Of a stretch of 64,000 nucleotides of DNA, positions 19,626 through 29,593 are shown piece by piece. The stretch comes from Candidatus Latescibacterota bacterium (GTDB lineage: Bacteria; Latescibacterota; UBA2968; GCA-2709665): NCBI GenBank assembly GCA_963667175.2, contig CAXXXF010000013.1:160001-224000 (forward strand). The letters are read 5' to 3'. Below the pieces are notes generated by a model, which saw only the letters and a list, made by a program, of their open reading frames with translations, was not told where the DNA came from and did not search any database. How positions within the stretch are numbered: position 1 is the stretch's first letter; each line of letters starts with the position of its first letter. The position numbers and the translations under genes are program-made.

Positions 19626-22271
19626 ATGCAACTCAAACAATTCCAGATAGATACTCTCTCAGTCCTGCGCCGGTTTTTTGAGGAGGCACGAATCGCCGGG
19701 CCGAAGAACGCCTATGAAGCGATAACGACGGAACCGGAGCAGGCCGCGCGGCTTGGCGGATATTGCGCAGAATATATACCCTTGATGGAATTGCCTGACG
19801 TTCCGTATATCTGCCTGCGCCTGCCCACGGGCGGTGGCAAGACCATCCTGGCTGCGCATTCCGTTTCCGTTGCCCAGGGCGCATGGATTGAGAAGGACTA
19901 TCCGTTGGTTCTGTGGCTTGTGCCGACGAATACGATCCGTCGGCAGACGGTCGACGCGCTGAAGAACACGCGCCACGGTTATCGGCAGGTGCTGGACGAG
20001 GCATTTGAGGGGCGAGTGCGAATATTTGACATCTCAGATTTCACGTATATCCGCCCTCACGACCTGAGAGACCGGTGCTGCATTGTGGTGGGTACGATCC
20101 AGACGTTGAGGGTGAGAAGCACCGAGGGCCGCAAGGTCTACGCGCACAGCGAAGAAATGGAACCCCACTTCGCCAGGGCGCCGATGAAGGCGCCTGGTCT
20201 GGAGTTGCTGAATAACGGAACGGCCAAATACTCCTTTGCCAACCTGCTGCATCTGCATCGCCCGCTGATGGTGGTCGACGAGGCGCACAACGCCGTGACC
20301 GGGCTCACCAGGGAGATGCAGGCGCGAGTAAACCCATGCGGTATTATCGAGTTTACCGCTACGCCACGGACAAGATCAAACATTCTGCACAGCGTTTCCG
20401 CGCTCGAACTCAAGCGTGAGGAGATGATCAAGTTGCCGATCGCACTTTCCGAGTGCGACACGTGGCAGAGCGCCGTTAACGGCGCAGTGGCCGCCCGTGC
20501 CGCGTTGTCGGAAAAAGCCCGGGATGACTCCGCCTACGTCCGTCCAATCGTTCTCTTACAGGCGCAGGCGAGAAATCAGGACGTGCCGGTTCAGGCGTTG
20601 AAAGCGCATTTGATTGACGTCGAGCAGGTAACTGAAGAGAAGATCGCTGTGGCGACCGGCGATCAGCGGCAGCTCGACGGTATAGACCTATTCGACCGGG
20701 CTTGCCCTATCGAGTACGTCATTACGGTCGAGGCGCTCAAGGAAGGGTGGGACTGTTCGTTTGCGTACGTTTTCTGCTCTGTCTCGCGCATTCAGAGCGC
20801 GAAAGACGTGGAGCAGTTACTCGGTCGCGTGCTTCGAATGCCTTACGCGAAAAGGCGAGAGGTTGCAGATCTCAATAAGGCTTATGCCTTCCTTTCCGAA
20901 CCGTCTTTTGGACAGGCTGCGCGTGGGCTTGCTGACAAGCTTGTGGCCATGGGCTTTGAGGAAGACGAGGCTTTGGAAAATATCGAGCATGTTCAGCGCA
21001 CGTTCGACGATGAGGGTGACCTGTATCGCACACGGGACAAGCAGGATCCGATATTTGCCCACGAGGTCACAGCGACTACCGAGGTCTTGTATGCACTCAA
21101 GGAGGTCAACCACGAGAGATTGCTGGTGCGCGAAACGGCTGAGGGGAAGGTCGAAATCGCGATAGCGGGCTGGATCAACGAGAGCAGCGAGAAGGCCATT
21201 TGGGAGACGTTGCCTGCGCCGGAGAGAAAGCCTTTCGCCAATGCCGTTGCGAAATATCGCGTCAACGTCAAGGATCAAGTCGCACCCGCCGAACAGGGCC
21301 TGGAATTCCAGGTTCCGCGTTTAATGTCGGAAATTCAGGGGACGCATGAATTCGCCGATGCCGACGTGTTCATGGAATATAACGAATGGTCGTTGCTCAA
21401 CCATTCTCCAAAGATTGATGAGCACGAGTTTTCGATCCATGAGACTGCCCGCAGCTTCGAGATCGACCTGGACGGTAAGCGCGTTACCTACCGTTTCGCC
21501 AGCACGGAGGAACAAATGACGCTGAACGTCGACGTGGAAGGTTGGACACCGGAAGCACTCGTCCTGTGGCTCGACCGAAAGGTGCGCCAGGTGGATATTC
21601 ATCAGCGCGAACTATTAAGATGGCTGCGCGATTTGGTTGGCCATCTGCTTAACGTACGCGGCATGGGCATCTCTGCGCTGATGCGCTGCAAATTTCTGCT
21701 TGCCAGGAAGATTCAGGACAAGATCAACGGTATTCGCAAGATGGAACGGGACGCCGTATACCAGCGTTACCTATTCGCGCCCGGGTCTGGAGTATCGGTA
21801 TCGTTCGATAACGCCTTTTCGTTCCAAGCCGGTATGTACCGGGATCAAAGAAATTATCGCGGGCGCTGGAAACCACGAAAGCACTACTTGGGTTCAGATA
21901 ACGTTCCGGCCTTTGACGGCGCTGAAGACGGTGAGGAGGTTCAGTGCGCTCAGGTAATCGACAGCCTCCCGGAAGTCGCATACTGGATTCGCAACGTGGC
22001 GCGTCATCCGAGTTCGTTCTGGTTGCCGACTGCGACGGGTAAGTTCTATCCAGACTTCGTAGCGCAAATGTCGGATAGCCGCCTCTTTGTGGTCGAATAC
22101 AAAGGCGCGCATATTGCTGATGGGCCGGATACCGCTGAAAAGCGCACGATTGGCGCCCTATGGGAGAAAGCGAGCGAGGGGAAGGGTCTTTTTATCGTCG
22201 CTGAGAAAACCGTCGACGGGAGCGACGTTCGAGAGCAACTGACGCAGAAAATCCGCAGTTTCAGATATTAG
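19626..22271 (+). CDS. Type III-like restriction subunit Res (SF2 helicase + PD-(D/E)xK nuclease)
   Basis: LPTGGGKT, VDEAH, FTATP, LKEGWD, EQLLGRVLR, C-terminal FYPDF...VEYKG. Confidence 0.9.
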   Translation: MQLKQFQIDTLSVLRRFFEEARIAGPKNAYEAITTEPEQAARLGGYCAEYIPLMELPDVPYICLRLPTGGGKTILAAHSVSVAQGAWIEKDYPLVLWLVPTNTIRRQTVDALKNTRHGYRQVLDEAFEGRVRIFDISDFTYIRPHDLRDRCCIVVGTIQTLRVRSTEGRKVYAHSEEMEPHFARAPMKAPGLELLNNGTAKYSFANLLHLHRPLMVVDEAHNAVTGLTREMQARVNPCGIIEFTATPRTRSNILHSVSALELKREEMIKLPIALSECDTWQSAVNGAVAARAALSEKARDDSAYVRPIVLLQAQARNQDVPVQALKAHLIDVEQVTEEKIAVATGDQRQLDGIDLFDRACPIEYVITVEALKEGWDCSFAYVFCSVSRIQSAKDVEQLLGRVLRMPYAKRREVADLNKAYAFLSEPSFGQAARGLADKLVAMGFEEDEALENIEHVQRTFDDEGDLYRTRDKQDPIFAHEVTATTEVLYALKEVNHERLLVRETAEGKVEIAIAGWINESSEKAIWETLPAPERKPFANAVAKYRVNVKDQVAPAEQGLEFQVPRLMSEIQGTHEFADADVFMEYNEWSLLNHSPKIDEHEFSIHETARSFEIDLDGKRVTYRFASTEEQMTLNVDVEGWTPEALVLWLDRKVRQVDIHQRELLRWLRDLVGHLLNVRGMGISALMRCKFLLARKIQDKINGIRKMERDAVYQRYLFAPGSGVSVSFDNAFSFQAGMYRDQRNYRGRWKPRKHYLGSDNVPAFDGAEDGEEVQCAQVIDSLPEVAYWIRNVARHPSSFWLPTATGKFYPDFVAQMSDSRLFVVEYKGAHIADGPDTAEKRTIGALWEKASEGKGLFIVAEKTVDGSDVREQLTQKIRSFRY

Positions 22272-22303
22272 TGGAATTCTCGTGCGGGATCATTGACATG
22301 CGT

Positions 22304-25177
22304 CTACCTCGGCGCCAGATATCGATCTCCATTGAAGTGAATCATGTGATCCGGTATTTCGGATAACCAGACTTCCGTCTGCCAAGCGATTTCGGTGATG
22401 AAATCCTTGAAGATGTTGAAGTCCGGGAATGCACTCACGTAAACTCGGGTGGCAGGACAATCTCCAAACATCTCCTCGAGTTCGACGTGGCGTTTCGGAG
22501 AAACCGGACCGTGGGATGTGACGGCTTCGATCAAGTACAGTCGACTCTGATTTTCTCCATAAAGTACGATATCCGGCAATTTGTCGTGACTGGGAACAGG
22601 TAGACCAAGCCCGTCGAAACCTTTTTCATTGAGGATCAACGACTTATTTTCTGCATCGCCAAGATAGAGAAGCTGGGCGCCGGGGGCGAATCTTGGCCCG
22701 AATTCCTCAACAACGGCGGCCTGTAATTCGTTGTGTTGCCCGGGCGAGAGGTGAAATTCCTCGCCAGTTGGCAGTTGTAAAGGCACTCTGTGCTGATCTC
22801 GGCGTTTCTGATAGACTTCGAAGAGTGCGCCCTTTACCTCGTTGAAGGATGCGATTGCCTGTTGCCACATCTCGGTACCGTACGCGCTAATTGTCCGAAT
22901 CGCGGATTCAGATAGTGTGTAATGGGTGCGCGGACTGTTTGTCGGGAGGGACACGTCATCAGGGTTTCGAATTACGAGACCTGCCTGCTCGAATTGATGA
23001 ATGACCCGGCGACGAATGGTCTCTCGCGTATTCTCCGCGTATTCGCGATCGTATCTGTCCCTGATTTCTTCCAATACGTCGTGAATCCGCAAACTACGGG
23101 ATCTCGCTTCAGCCCAGGGGGTATCTTCAGAAAGTTGCGCAAGGACAAGCAATGTCAGAGCCGACGTTTCGTTTTGTTGTGCGGGTGGCAGCCCTAAGGA
23201 TTTCAATACCTCTTGAGCCTCCTGTATTCTTCCGATTGACATACGGGATTCCTTTATTGTAGGGAAATCTCTCGGAATACATCCGGTTTCTCTCAACGTG
23301 GTAAAAACCAGAGCGTCTGAATCCACTCCTTTTTTTGATTCTTCGACTGACCGATGCCGTTCTCCAATTCGCCTGATGACTTTTCGGGGCGGAAGCGGCA
23401 ATGCGCGCAATTCCATTGCGTTTACCTGGGTGTTTCCACTTGAAATGCGGAAATACCGATCCAATAGCGCGCAATTTAACACGGCTGACAGTCCAAGCGT
23501 TTCTTCGACGTCGAGTTCGCCGTTCTTCCTGTATATGTAATTGAGATGATTCTCAAGCCCGATCCTCTTATGGCTAAATTGGTCTTTCAGTAACGGCGCT
23601 GAAATCAGACGACGTGGTTCTTCCTTTGCGCTAAACCGGCAAAGCAGGACGTAGTTCGAAACCGGGACGGACAGATCCTCAGCGGATTCACCGAGAGAAA
23701 GGCCCTGTGGTTTGGCGCCTTTTAACGCGGGCCATTCAACCTTTCGGCGTCGCACATTGTTCATCCACAGAAGCGGGACCGCGTGGTCGCGTTCAACTGC
23801 GACTTCATCTGTCAGAGACCCTCTGGCACGGAAGCCAACCACCGGACCCGTTGACACTTCCAAACCGTATTTCTGCAGGGTGCCCGGCCAGCGATCCACG
23901 ATTTCGATAACCTGCTCGTCGAACTCGCTCGTGGGCAATCTGAAATTGAGCTTGTTCTTGTACTCCCGTATGAAATGCCTCCGGGTCACCATGCGGGCTA
24001 TCGATTCGCCCAAATCCAGCGCGTTTTTCGATGATGAAATCTTGATAAATGAAGACTCGGGTGCTTTTTCGTCCGGTAATCTTCGGAACGCAACGATAAC
24101 ATTTTCCTGAAGGACGGAATCTTTACCAAATGTGTCGTGGCGCGATTCAAACAAGTGAACAGACACAGGGAGCGTTAGGTCGACAAACTCCCGCCTGAAT
24201 GCGGAAAAGTAAGCGCCCGAACAGAAGCTTCGTGGGACGATAAAACACGCGCATCCCTGAGGCGCAAGCATTCTTGCGGAGAGCGCCATGAACAGTGTAT
24301 AGATATTCGAATGTCCTTTTATCTGGCCTGCTACTGCTTTTACGCGAGGGTCGTTGCTATTCAGTTTGAAATACGGTGGATTCGCGATAATCTTGTCATA
24401 CAGTAATGGCTTTCTCGGATTGACTGGATTGTCGACCTGGAAGAGCGAAGGCTGAGGCGATGGGATGCAATCAACGACAAAATCGCGATTATATACATGT
24501 GCGTGAACGGTAATGCCTCTTTCTTGAGCGCGTCTTGCTGCCCGTTCAAGTGCCGTGCGGGCAACTTCAGACAAGCCCTCGTCGATTTCATATCCGTCGA
24601 TCCATAATTCCATCGGGCGGCCTGCGATTATCGTGCGTTCAATGAGCGCACATGCCAAAACGCCGGAACCAATGGATGGATCGAGCAACCTTTCACCGTC
24701 TCGCACCGGCCCGAGTTGCCCGGCCATAAAGCGGCCAACCAGCTCGGGCGTGAGGAATTGGCCGTTTTGCTTGCGGTGAGCAATAGGCCGTTCTGATAGA
24801 GCGTCTTCACCCAACTTAAGACTGAAATCCACTAAGTCCGGTACTCGATATGCAGGGACGCTTTCTGCGACGGACATCGTCGACACACGGCGCAGGACGG
24901 ATGTGGCAAATTCAGGATCTTTTTTTATAAACTCCCTCATCGAGGTTGTTTGTCTTCCGGACAGAAGCTGCAGTTCCTCCGGATCGCATTTCAGAATCTG
25001 GGTCAGCCGTAAGATTAACGACTCAGATGGCCGGACTTTTCCAGCTTCGATTCGTGACAGGTGAGCCGGGTCGACTCCAATCGCAAACGAGAGTGACCGT
25101 AAGCTGATATTTTCCCTTTCTCTCAGCGAACGCATGTACTGGCCGAATTCCATTCGCATCCTTCGCCTGTAAACCAT
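22304..25177 (-). CDS. Fusion: XRE HTH + gamma-class N6-adenine MTase + BsuBI/PstI-family restriction endonuclease
   Basis: N-terminal LRSLSFAIGVDPAHLSRIEAGK; GQFLTP, LDPSIGSG, IIANPPY, ENHLNY, SGNTQVNA; C-terminal YAENTRETIRR, NSP, LSPGQH, KLPD, IEAVTSHGP. Confidence 0.9.
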   Translation of the reverse strand: MVYRRRMRMEFGQYMRSLRERENISLRSLSFAIGVDPAHLSRIEAGKVRPSESLILRLTQILKCDPEELQLLSGRQTTSMREFIKKDPEFATSVLRRVSTMSVAESVPAYRVPDLVDFSLKLGEDALSERPIAHRKQNGQFLTPELVGRFMAGQLGPVRDGERLLDPSIGSGVLACALIERTIIAGRPMELWIDGYEIDEGLSEVARTALERAARRAQERGITVHAHVYNRDFVVDCIPSPQPSLFQVDNPVNPRKPLLYDKIIANPPYFKLNSNDPRVKAVAGQIKGHSNIYTLFMALSARMLAPQGCACFIVPRSFCSGAYFSAFRREFVDLTLPVSVHLFESRHDTFGKDSVLQENVIVAFRRLPDEKAPESSFIKISSSKNALDLGESIARMVTRRHFIREYKNKLNFRLPTSEFDEQVIEIVDRWPGTLQKYGLEVSTGPVVGFRARGSLTDEVAVERDHAVPLLWMNNVRRRKVEWPALKGAKPQGLSLGESAEDLSVPVSNYVLLCRFSAKEEPRRLISAPLLKDQFSHKRIGLENHLNYIYRKNGELDVEETLGLSAVLNCALLDRYFRISSGNTQVNAMELRALPLPPRKVIRRIGERHRSVEESKKGVDSDALVFTTLRETGCIPRDFPTIKESRMSIGRIQEAQEVLKSLGLPPAQQNETSALTLLVLAQLSEDTPWAEARSRSLRIHDVLEEIRDRYDREYAENTRETIRRRVIHQFEQAGLVIRNPDDVSLPTNSPRTHYTLSESAIRTISAYGTEMWQQAIASFNEVKGALFEVYQKRRDQHRVPLQLPTGEEFHLSPGQHNELQAAVVEEFGPRFAPGAQLLYLGDAENKSLILNEKGFDGLGLPVPSHDKLPDIVLYGENQSRLYLIEAVTSHGPVSPKRHVELEEMFGDCPATRVYVSAFPDFNIFKDFITEIAWQTEVWLSEIPDHMIHFNGDRYLAPR

Positions 25178-25212
25178 GCTCCCAAATACATTCTCACGGC
25201 GCCACCATTGCT

Positions 25213-25242
25213 AATGTATTCGCTGTTGATCGATTTGTCAAC
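25213..25242 (-). promoter_or_regulatory. sigma70 promoter with overlapping inverted-repeat operator for the fused R-M gene
   Basis: TTGACA(25241-25236)-17 nt-TACATT(25218-25213); palindrome GTTGA-N8-TCAAC (25225-25242) covers the -35. Confidence 0.65.
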
Positions 25243-25435
25243 GGCATATATTCGGTTCGATCGGGTATGAGACTGTCTTGATACTTCGGCTTGAAAGACC
25301 GACACCATTTGGTTCTTGTGTGTTTGGCACGCGGACCCACGCTTCACGTCGCGTGAGGATGCTTCCGCTGACTGACTCACGCCAGTACCAAAAAAGATCC
25401 TGAATTTGTGCCAGCTTCCAACCCGGGAGTCTACG

Positions 25436-26753
25436 ATGGGTATCTTGCGAGGCCACATTATCGACGGCGCGACGGGAGAGCCAATCGACGCCAAGGTCCA
25501 CGTGCTGACGTCCGACGGCCGTTTTACGCAACCACGCGACGCCGTGTTGAAGCGTGGCCCGGGCACGCCGTTCTTCTTTTGCGACGGTTCCTTCGAGGTT
25601 CGGACGGGTCGTGGACGCACCGACGTTCGGGTCGAACGCGGCACGGAGTACGAGCCCCTGCGCACGGTTATCGATATGCCGGAACACGGCGCCAGGGACG
25701 TCCAGATCGTCCTGAACCGATGGTATTTCCCGCAGGAGAACAACTGGTATCCCGGCAACACCCACATCCACTACGATGAAAGGGAAACGCGGCCTGACGA
25801 CAGGCTGGCGATCGACTGCAGCGTCGAAGGCTATAACGTGACCGTCGTCAGCGTTCTGGACAGAAGGCAACTTCCGTACGCCAGCAACAAATATCCCATT
25901 GGCGTGATGAACGATTTCACCACCGCCCATCACGTGCTGGACATTGGTGAAGAGAACCGCCACTACGGTGAAAGCTCGCCATGGGGTTTCGGATACGGAC
26001 ACGTGATGTTTCTCAACATCCGGAACCTCGTCCAGCCCGTCAGCCGCGGTGCTGGGGAAACTGGACGCCTTCAATCTGTTCGATCCATTCTGGATGGACC
26101 CCGAATACGATCTCTGGTACAAGCTGCTCAATTGCGGCATCGCTCTGCCCGCTTCCACCGGCACGGACTGGTTCGTCTGCTCCAACAACCGCGTGTACGT
26201 CAACACCAGCGATACGTTCTCCTACGAGAACTGGATCGCCGGCATGAAGGCGGGCAATACGTTCATCACCAACGGTCCCGCCGTCGATCTGCGCGTCAAC
26301 GACCACCCGATGGGATCTACGGTTCAGTTGCCCACCGGCGGCGCCCTCGACGTCGAGGCAAATTATACGTCATTCTACCCCGTTCATCGCGCGGAGATCG
26401 TGATGAACGGCCGCGTGATTCACTCCGAGTACGAGCCAGAAGGCAAACGCGATGGCTCGCTCCGCCACCGCGCGGAGGTCGATCGCGACGGCTGGATCGC
26501 AGCGCGGCTCTGGGGCGACGGGCGCGACAGTTTCGACCAGTCCATCTACGCCCACAGCAGCCCGGTCTATTTTTCGTGTGGCCGTCCGCCCGCCGAACGG
26601 GAGGACTCCGCCCGGCATTTCATAAACGGGATCGACGACTCGCTCAAATGGATCGACACCTGGGGACGTTTCAACACCGACCGGCAACGCGAAGACGTGC
26701 GGGAACTCTTCCGCCGCGGGCGGGAAGGTTTCCTGGGGCTGGCAAAGGGTTAA
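25436..26753 (+). pseudogene. CehA/McbA-family (PHP-like) metallohydrolase, frameshifted near 26045
   Basis: First half (VERGTEY, WYPGNTHIH, GEE.RH, GYGH) in one frame, second half (LGKLDAF, WYKLLNCG, STGTD, TNGP, YAHSSPVY) in another. Confidence 0.75.
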
Positions 26754-26946
26754 CAGTCCGTTGAAAAAGTCGCTCTGCAGGCGAGGCCGAGCCATTGTGG
26801 CCGAAGACAAGGCGCGCGACCGACGCGAATCCCTGGATTCGGGGAGGGAGCGCCTGCCTGCCGCGCTTCGCTTGGCGCAGGCAGGCAACGCCGTACTTCG
26901 GTCACAAGGGCCGGACACAGCCCGGATGGACTTTTTCAACGGGCTG
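26754..26946. mobile_element. MITE family B copy 1 (193 bp), IS5-like ends, TTAA duplication
   Basis: TIR CAGTCCGTTGAAAAAGTC / GACTTTTTCAACGGGCTG; TTAA on both sides; second copy at 49968-50127. Confidence 0.85.
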
Positions 26947-26967
26947 TTAAGCTTAGTGAAAAGAAAA

Positions 26968-28107
26968 ATGAAGCGCGCCCCCGCGTGGGTTAACAGAATG
27001 AGGGTCGCGCTCGCTCTTTGCCTGCTCGGCGCCGCGCCTTCGGTCCACGCCGAGGACTGGAATGCGGCGCGCCCCGATTACGCGTGGTCCTTTCCGCGCG
27101 ATCACTGGGCCCGGGCTGGATACAAGACCGAGTGGTGGTACTTCACGGGGCATCTGGCGTCCGCGGACGGCCGGCGTTTCGGGTACCAGTTCACCTTCTT
27201 CAGGGTCGGGATGTTGCCCCAAACGCCTTCGCTGGCGTCGGAATGGGCGACCGCCGATCTGATCATGGGCCACGCGGCCATCGGCGATCCGGCTACGGGA
27301 CGGCATTTGTTCAGCGAGATCATCTACCGGGTCACGCCGCTGCTGGGCGGGTTCGGCGCGTATCCCGACGCGCTTATCGCCTGGAGCCGGGCGCCCGCGG
27401 GTACGGACGGGACGTGGACCCTGCGCTGGAACGGGTCCGGCTTCGATTTTTCGATGACCGACGTCCGGCAGGGTATCGCGTTTTCGCTGTCGACCACGCC
27501 GGCGAAGCCGCTGGTATTTCAGGGGCCGGACGGATACAGCCGAAAAGGAAAGGGACCGGCGTCCGCCAGCCAGTATTACAGCTTTACGCGCCTTGCGACG
27601 ACCGGCGAGATCAGGCTGGCCGATGAGCGATTGGCGGTAACCGGCCAGAGCTGGATGGACAAGGAATTCGGGTCGCAACAACTCGAACCCCATCAGGCGG
27701 GGTGGGACTGGTTCAGCCTGCAGCTTGACGACGGGCGGGAGGCGATGCTGTACGTGCTTCGCGATACGACTGGCGCCGTGGATTTTTCGGGAGCGACCAT
27801 CGTCTCGGCGGCTGGCGACGCCCGTTATCTGGCGCCGGAAGCGTTTTCCATTCGCGCGACGGAGACGTGGGAGAGCCCGGAGACCGACGCGGTCTATCCC
27901 GCGCGATGGGAGATCGCGCTGCCGGGCGAGGGCCTTCGGATGCTGATCCGGCCGGTCATGGCCGACCAGGAGAACCGCAGCCGGCTGATGAAATCGATGT
28001 TCTACTGGGAAGGCGCGGTGGAAATCACCGGCCCCGACGGCAAATCTATGGGGCGGGGTTACGTGGAACTCGTGGGGTACGGGACGGGCAGCCGCCCGCG
28101 GCTATAG
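26968..28107 (+). CDS. AttH-like lipocalin-domain / carotenoid 1,2-hydratase family secreted protein
   Basis: Signal peptide, FPRDH, EWWYFTG, FGYQFTFFR, YYS, WMDKE, GWDWFSLQL, YWEG, GYVELVGY; start 26968 or 26998. Confidence 0.85.
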   Translation: MKRAPAWVNRMRVALALCLLGAAPSVHAEDWNAARPDYAWSFPRDHWARAGYKTEWWYFTGHLASADGRRFGYQFTFFRVGMLPQTPSLASEWATADLIMGHAAIGDPATGRHLFSEIIYRVTPLLGGFGAYPDALIAWSRAPAGTDGTWTLRWNGSGFDFSMTDVRQGIAFSLSTTPAKPLVFQGPDGYSRKGKGPASASQYYSFTRLATTGEIRLADERLAVTGQSWMDKEFGSQQLEPHQAGWDWFSLQLDDGREAMLYVLRDTTGAVDFSGATIVSAAGDARYLAPEAFSIRATETWESPETDAVYPARWEIALPGEGLRMLIRPVMADQENRSRLMKSMFYWEGAVEITGPDGKSMGRGYVELVGYGTGSRPRL

Positions 28108-28185
28108 CAAAGAGCCGATTGAAGACGCGGATGGCGTGGGGATTCCTTCCAATGGATCGGGAACGGGATCCCCATTTTTCATGCC

Positions 28186-29424
28186 CTATCTGATTGACGT
28201 CGTTTCCTCCGGGAGTTCGCCCACGTACCGCGCGCGCGGGCGGATGATCCGTCCGATGCCGTACTGTTCGATCGCGTGGCCGATCCAGCCGACGGTTCTG
28301 CCCATCGCGAACAGCGTCATCGCGCCCCCTGGCGGCAGGTTGAGAACGCGGGCGAGCGTTGCCAGCGCAAGGTCGACGTTATACGAAAGGCTGGTGACCT
28401 CGGACGCCGCCGCAATGATCTCGAACGCGAGACCCACGGCCGGATGCTCCGAATGGGTTTCCCGGAGCATCCGGAGCAGAAGTCTCGCCCGGGGGTCATG
28501 GTCCCGGTAGATGACGTGACCGAAGCCCGGAAGGGCTTCGCCCCGCTTGAGGCGGTCGCGCATGGCCTGCTTTACGTCGGGACGGCTCTCCAACTCTTTG
28601 AAGAGGGCCTCGACCTGTTCGCTGGCGCCGCCGTGTTTATGGCCCTGAAAGGCGCTGAGTGCTGCCGTCACGACGGCATAGAGCGTCGCCCCTGTCGAGG
28701 CCACGCAACGCGCCGTGAAGGCCGAAGCATTGAGTTCGTGGTCGGCGCAGAGGATGAGCGCGGCATTGATGAGAAACTCGGCGTGGTCGTCGCAGGGAGC
28801 CCAGGCCTGCTGGAGCGTACTCGCGATGCCCCCGCCATGGGTCCCGCCGCAGGCGACGGTTGCAAACCGGCGAAGGATTCGGCTGCCCGTCCGGACGGCC
28901 GATTCCGTTCGCAGGTCGTAGGACGCGTAGTCTTCACGCGCGGCCAGCGGCAGAAGGGTCTGGAGCGCCTCGACGGGCCGCATGTCCGGAAAGGCAGGCA
29001 GACCCATCTCGAGGGTCGGAGAGACAAGGCTGCCGCCGGAAGAGACCAATTCGGGAATTTCCGCTTCAGGGTTGCCCGTCCAGATGAGCGCCGCGACCTG
29101 TTCGATACTGCGCTGCCGGGCGAGAACCATCGCGCTGCGGCCCCGGTAGTAGACGCAATCGTCGGTGATGAGGGTAATGGCCGATTCGAGGACCGGCGCG
29201 CCCGCGTGCAAGGCGTCTTCCGCGACGGTCTCCGGATTCCTGCGGCCCTTTTTCCTCGCCTTGTGCGTCCGCACGTCGTCTGCGTGGTACCTGCGGGTCC
29301 GACGGTTGTGTCCCGACGCCTCGGAGCGGATCAATCCGCGGCTCACGTAGGCGTAGAGGCTGTCCACGGAGACGTTCAACTCGCCGGCCGCCTCCCGGGC
29401 GGTGAGGTATCGGGCGTTTTTCAT
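28186..29424 (-). CDS. HTH-containing citrate synthase family protein (putative regulator)
   Basis: N-terminal YLTAREAAGELNV...LYAYVSRGLIRS HTH; ADHELNAS, HGG, GFGH, NVD motifs. Confidence 0.88.
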   Translation of the reverse strand: MKNARYLTAREAAGELNVSVDSLYAYVSRGLIRSEASGHNRRTRRYHADDVRTHKARKKGRRNPETVAEDALHAGAPVLESAITLITDDCVYYRGRSAMVLARQRSIEQVAALIWTGNPEAEIPELVSSGGSLVSPTLEMGLPAFPDMRPVEALQTLLPLAAREDYASYDLRTESAVRTGSRILRRFATVACGGTHGGGIASTLQQAWAPCDDHAEFLINAALILCADHELNASAFTARCVASTGATLYAVVTAALSAFQGHKHGGASEQVEALFKELESRPDVKQAMRDRLKRGEALPGFGHVIYRDHDPRARLLLRMLRETHSEHPAVGLAFEIIAAASEVTSLSYNVDLALATLARVLNLPPGGAMTLFAMGRTVGWIGHAIEQYGIGRIIRPRARYVGELPEETTSIR

Positions 29425-29465
29425 GGCCAAGCCCTTTCTGAGAATACGATTAAATATACGATATA

Positions 29466-29511
29466 TTGATTTTACAATCAAGGTTGACAATATATATCAA
29501 TTGTTTAGAAT
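29466..29511 (+). promoter_or_regulatory. Divergent promoter region with two TTGA-N-TCAA inverted repeats
   Basis: TTGATTTTACAATCAA (29466-81) and TTGACAATATATATCAA (29484-500); TTGACA-16 nt-TAGAAT. Confidence 0.6.
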
Positions 29512-29593
29512 TCATACAGAAACGGCGAATGCAAGCGGCAATTCGGTGTGTGCAAAACGCCCGCGAACGCGGGCAAGATTACAGGAGGACGAT

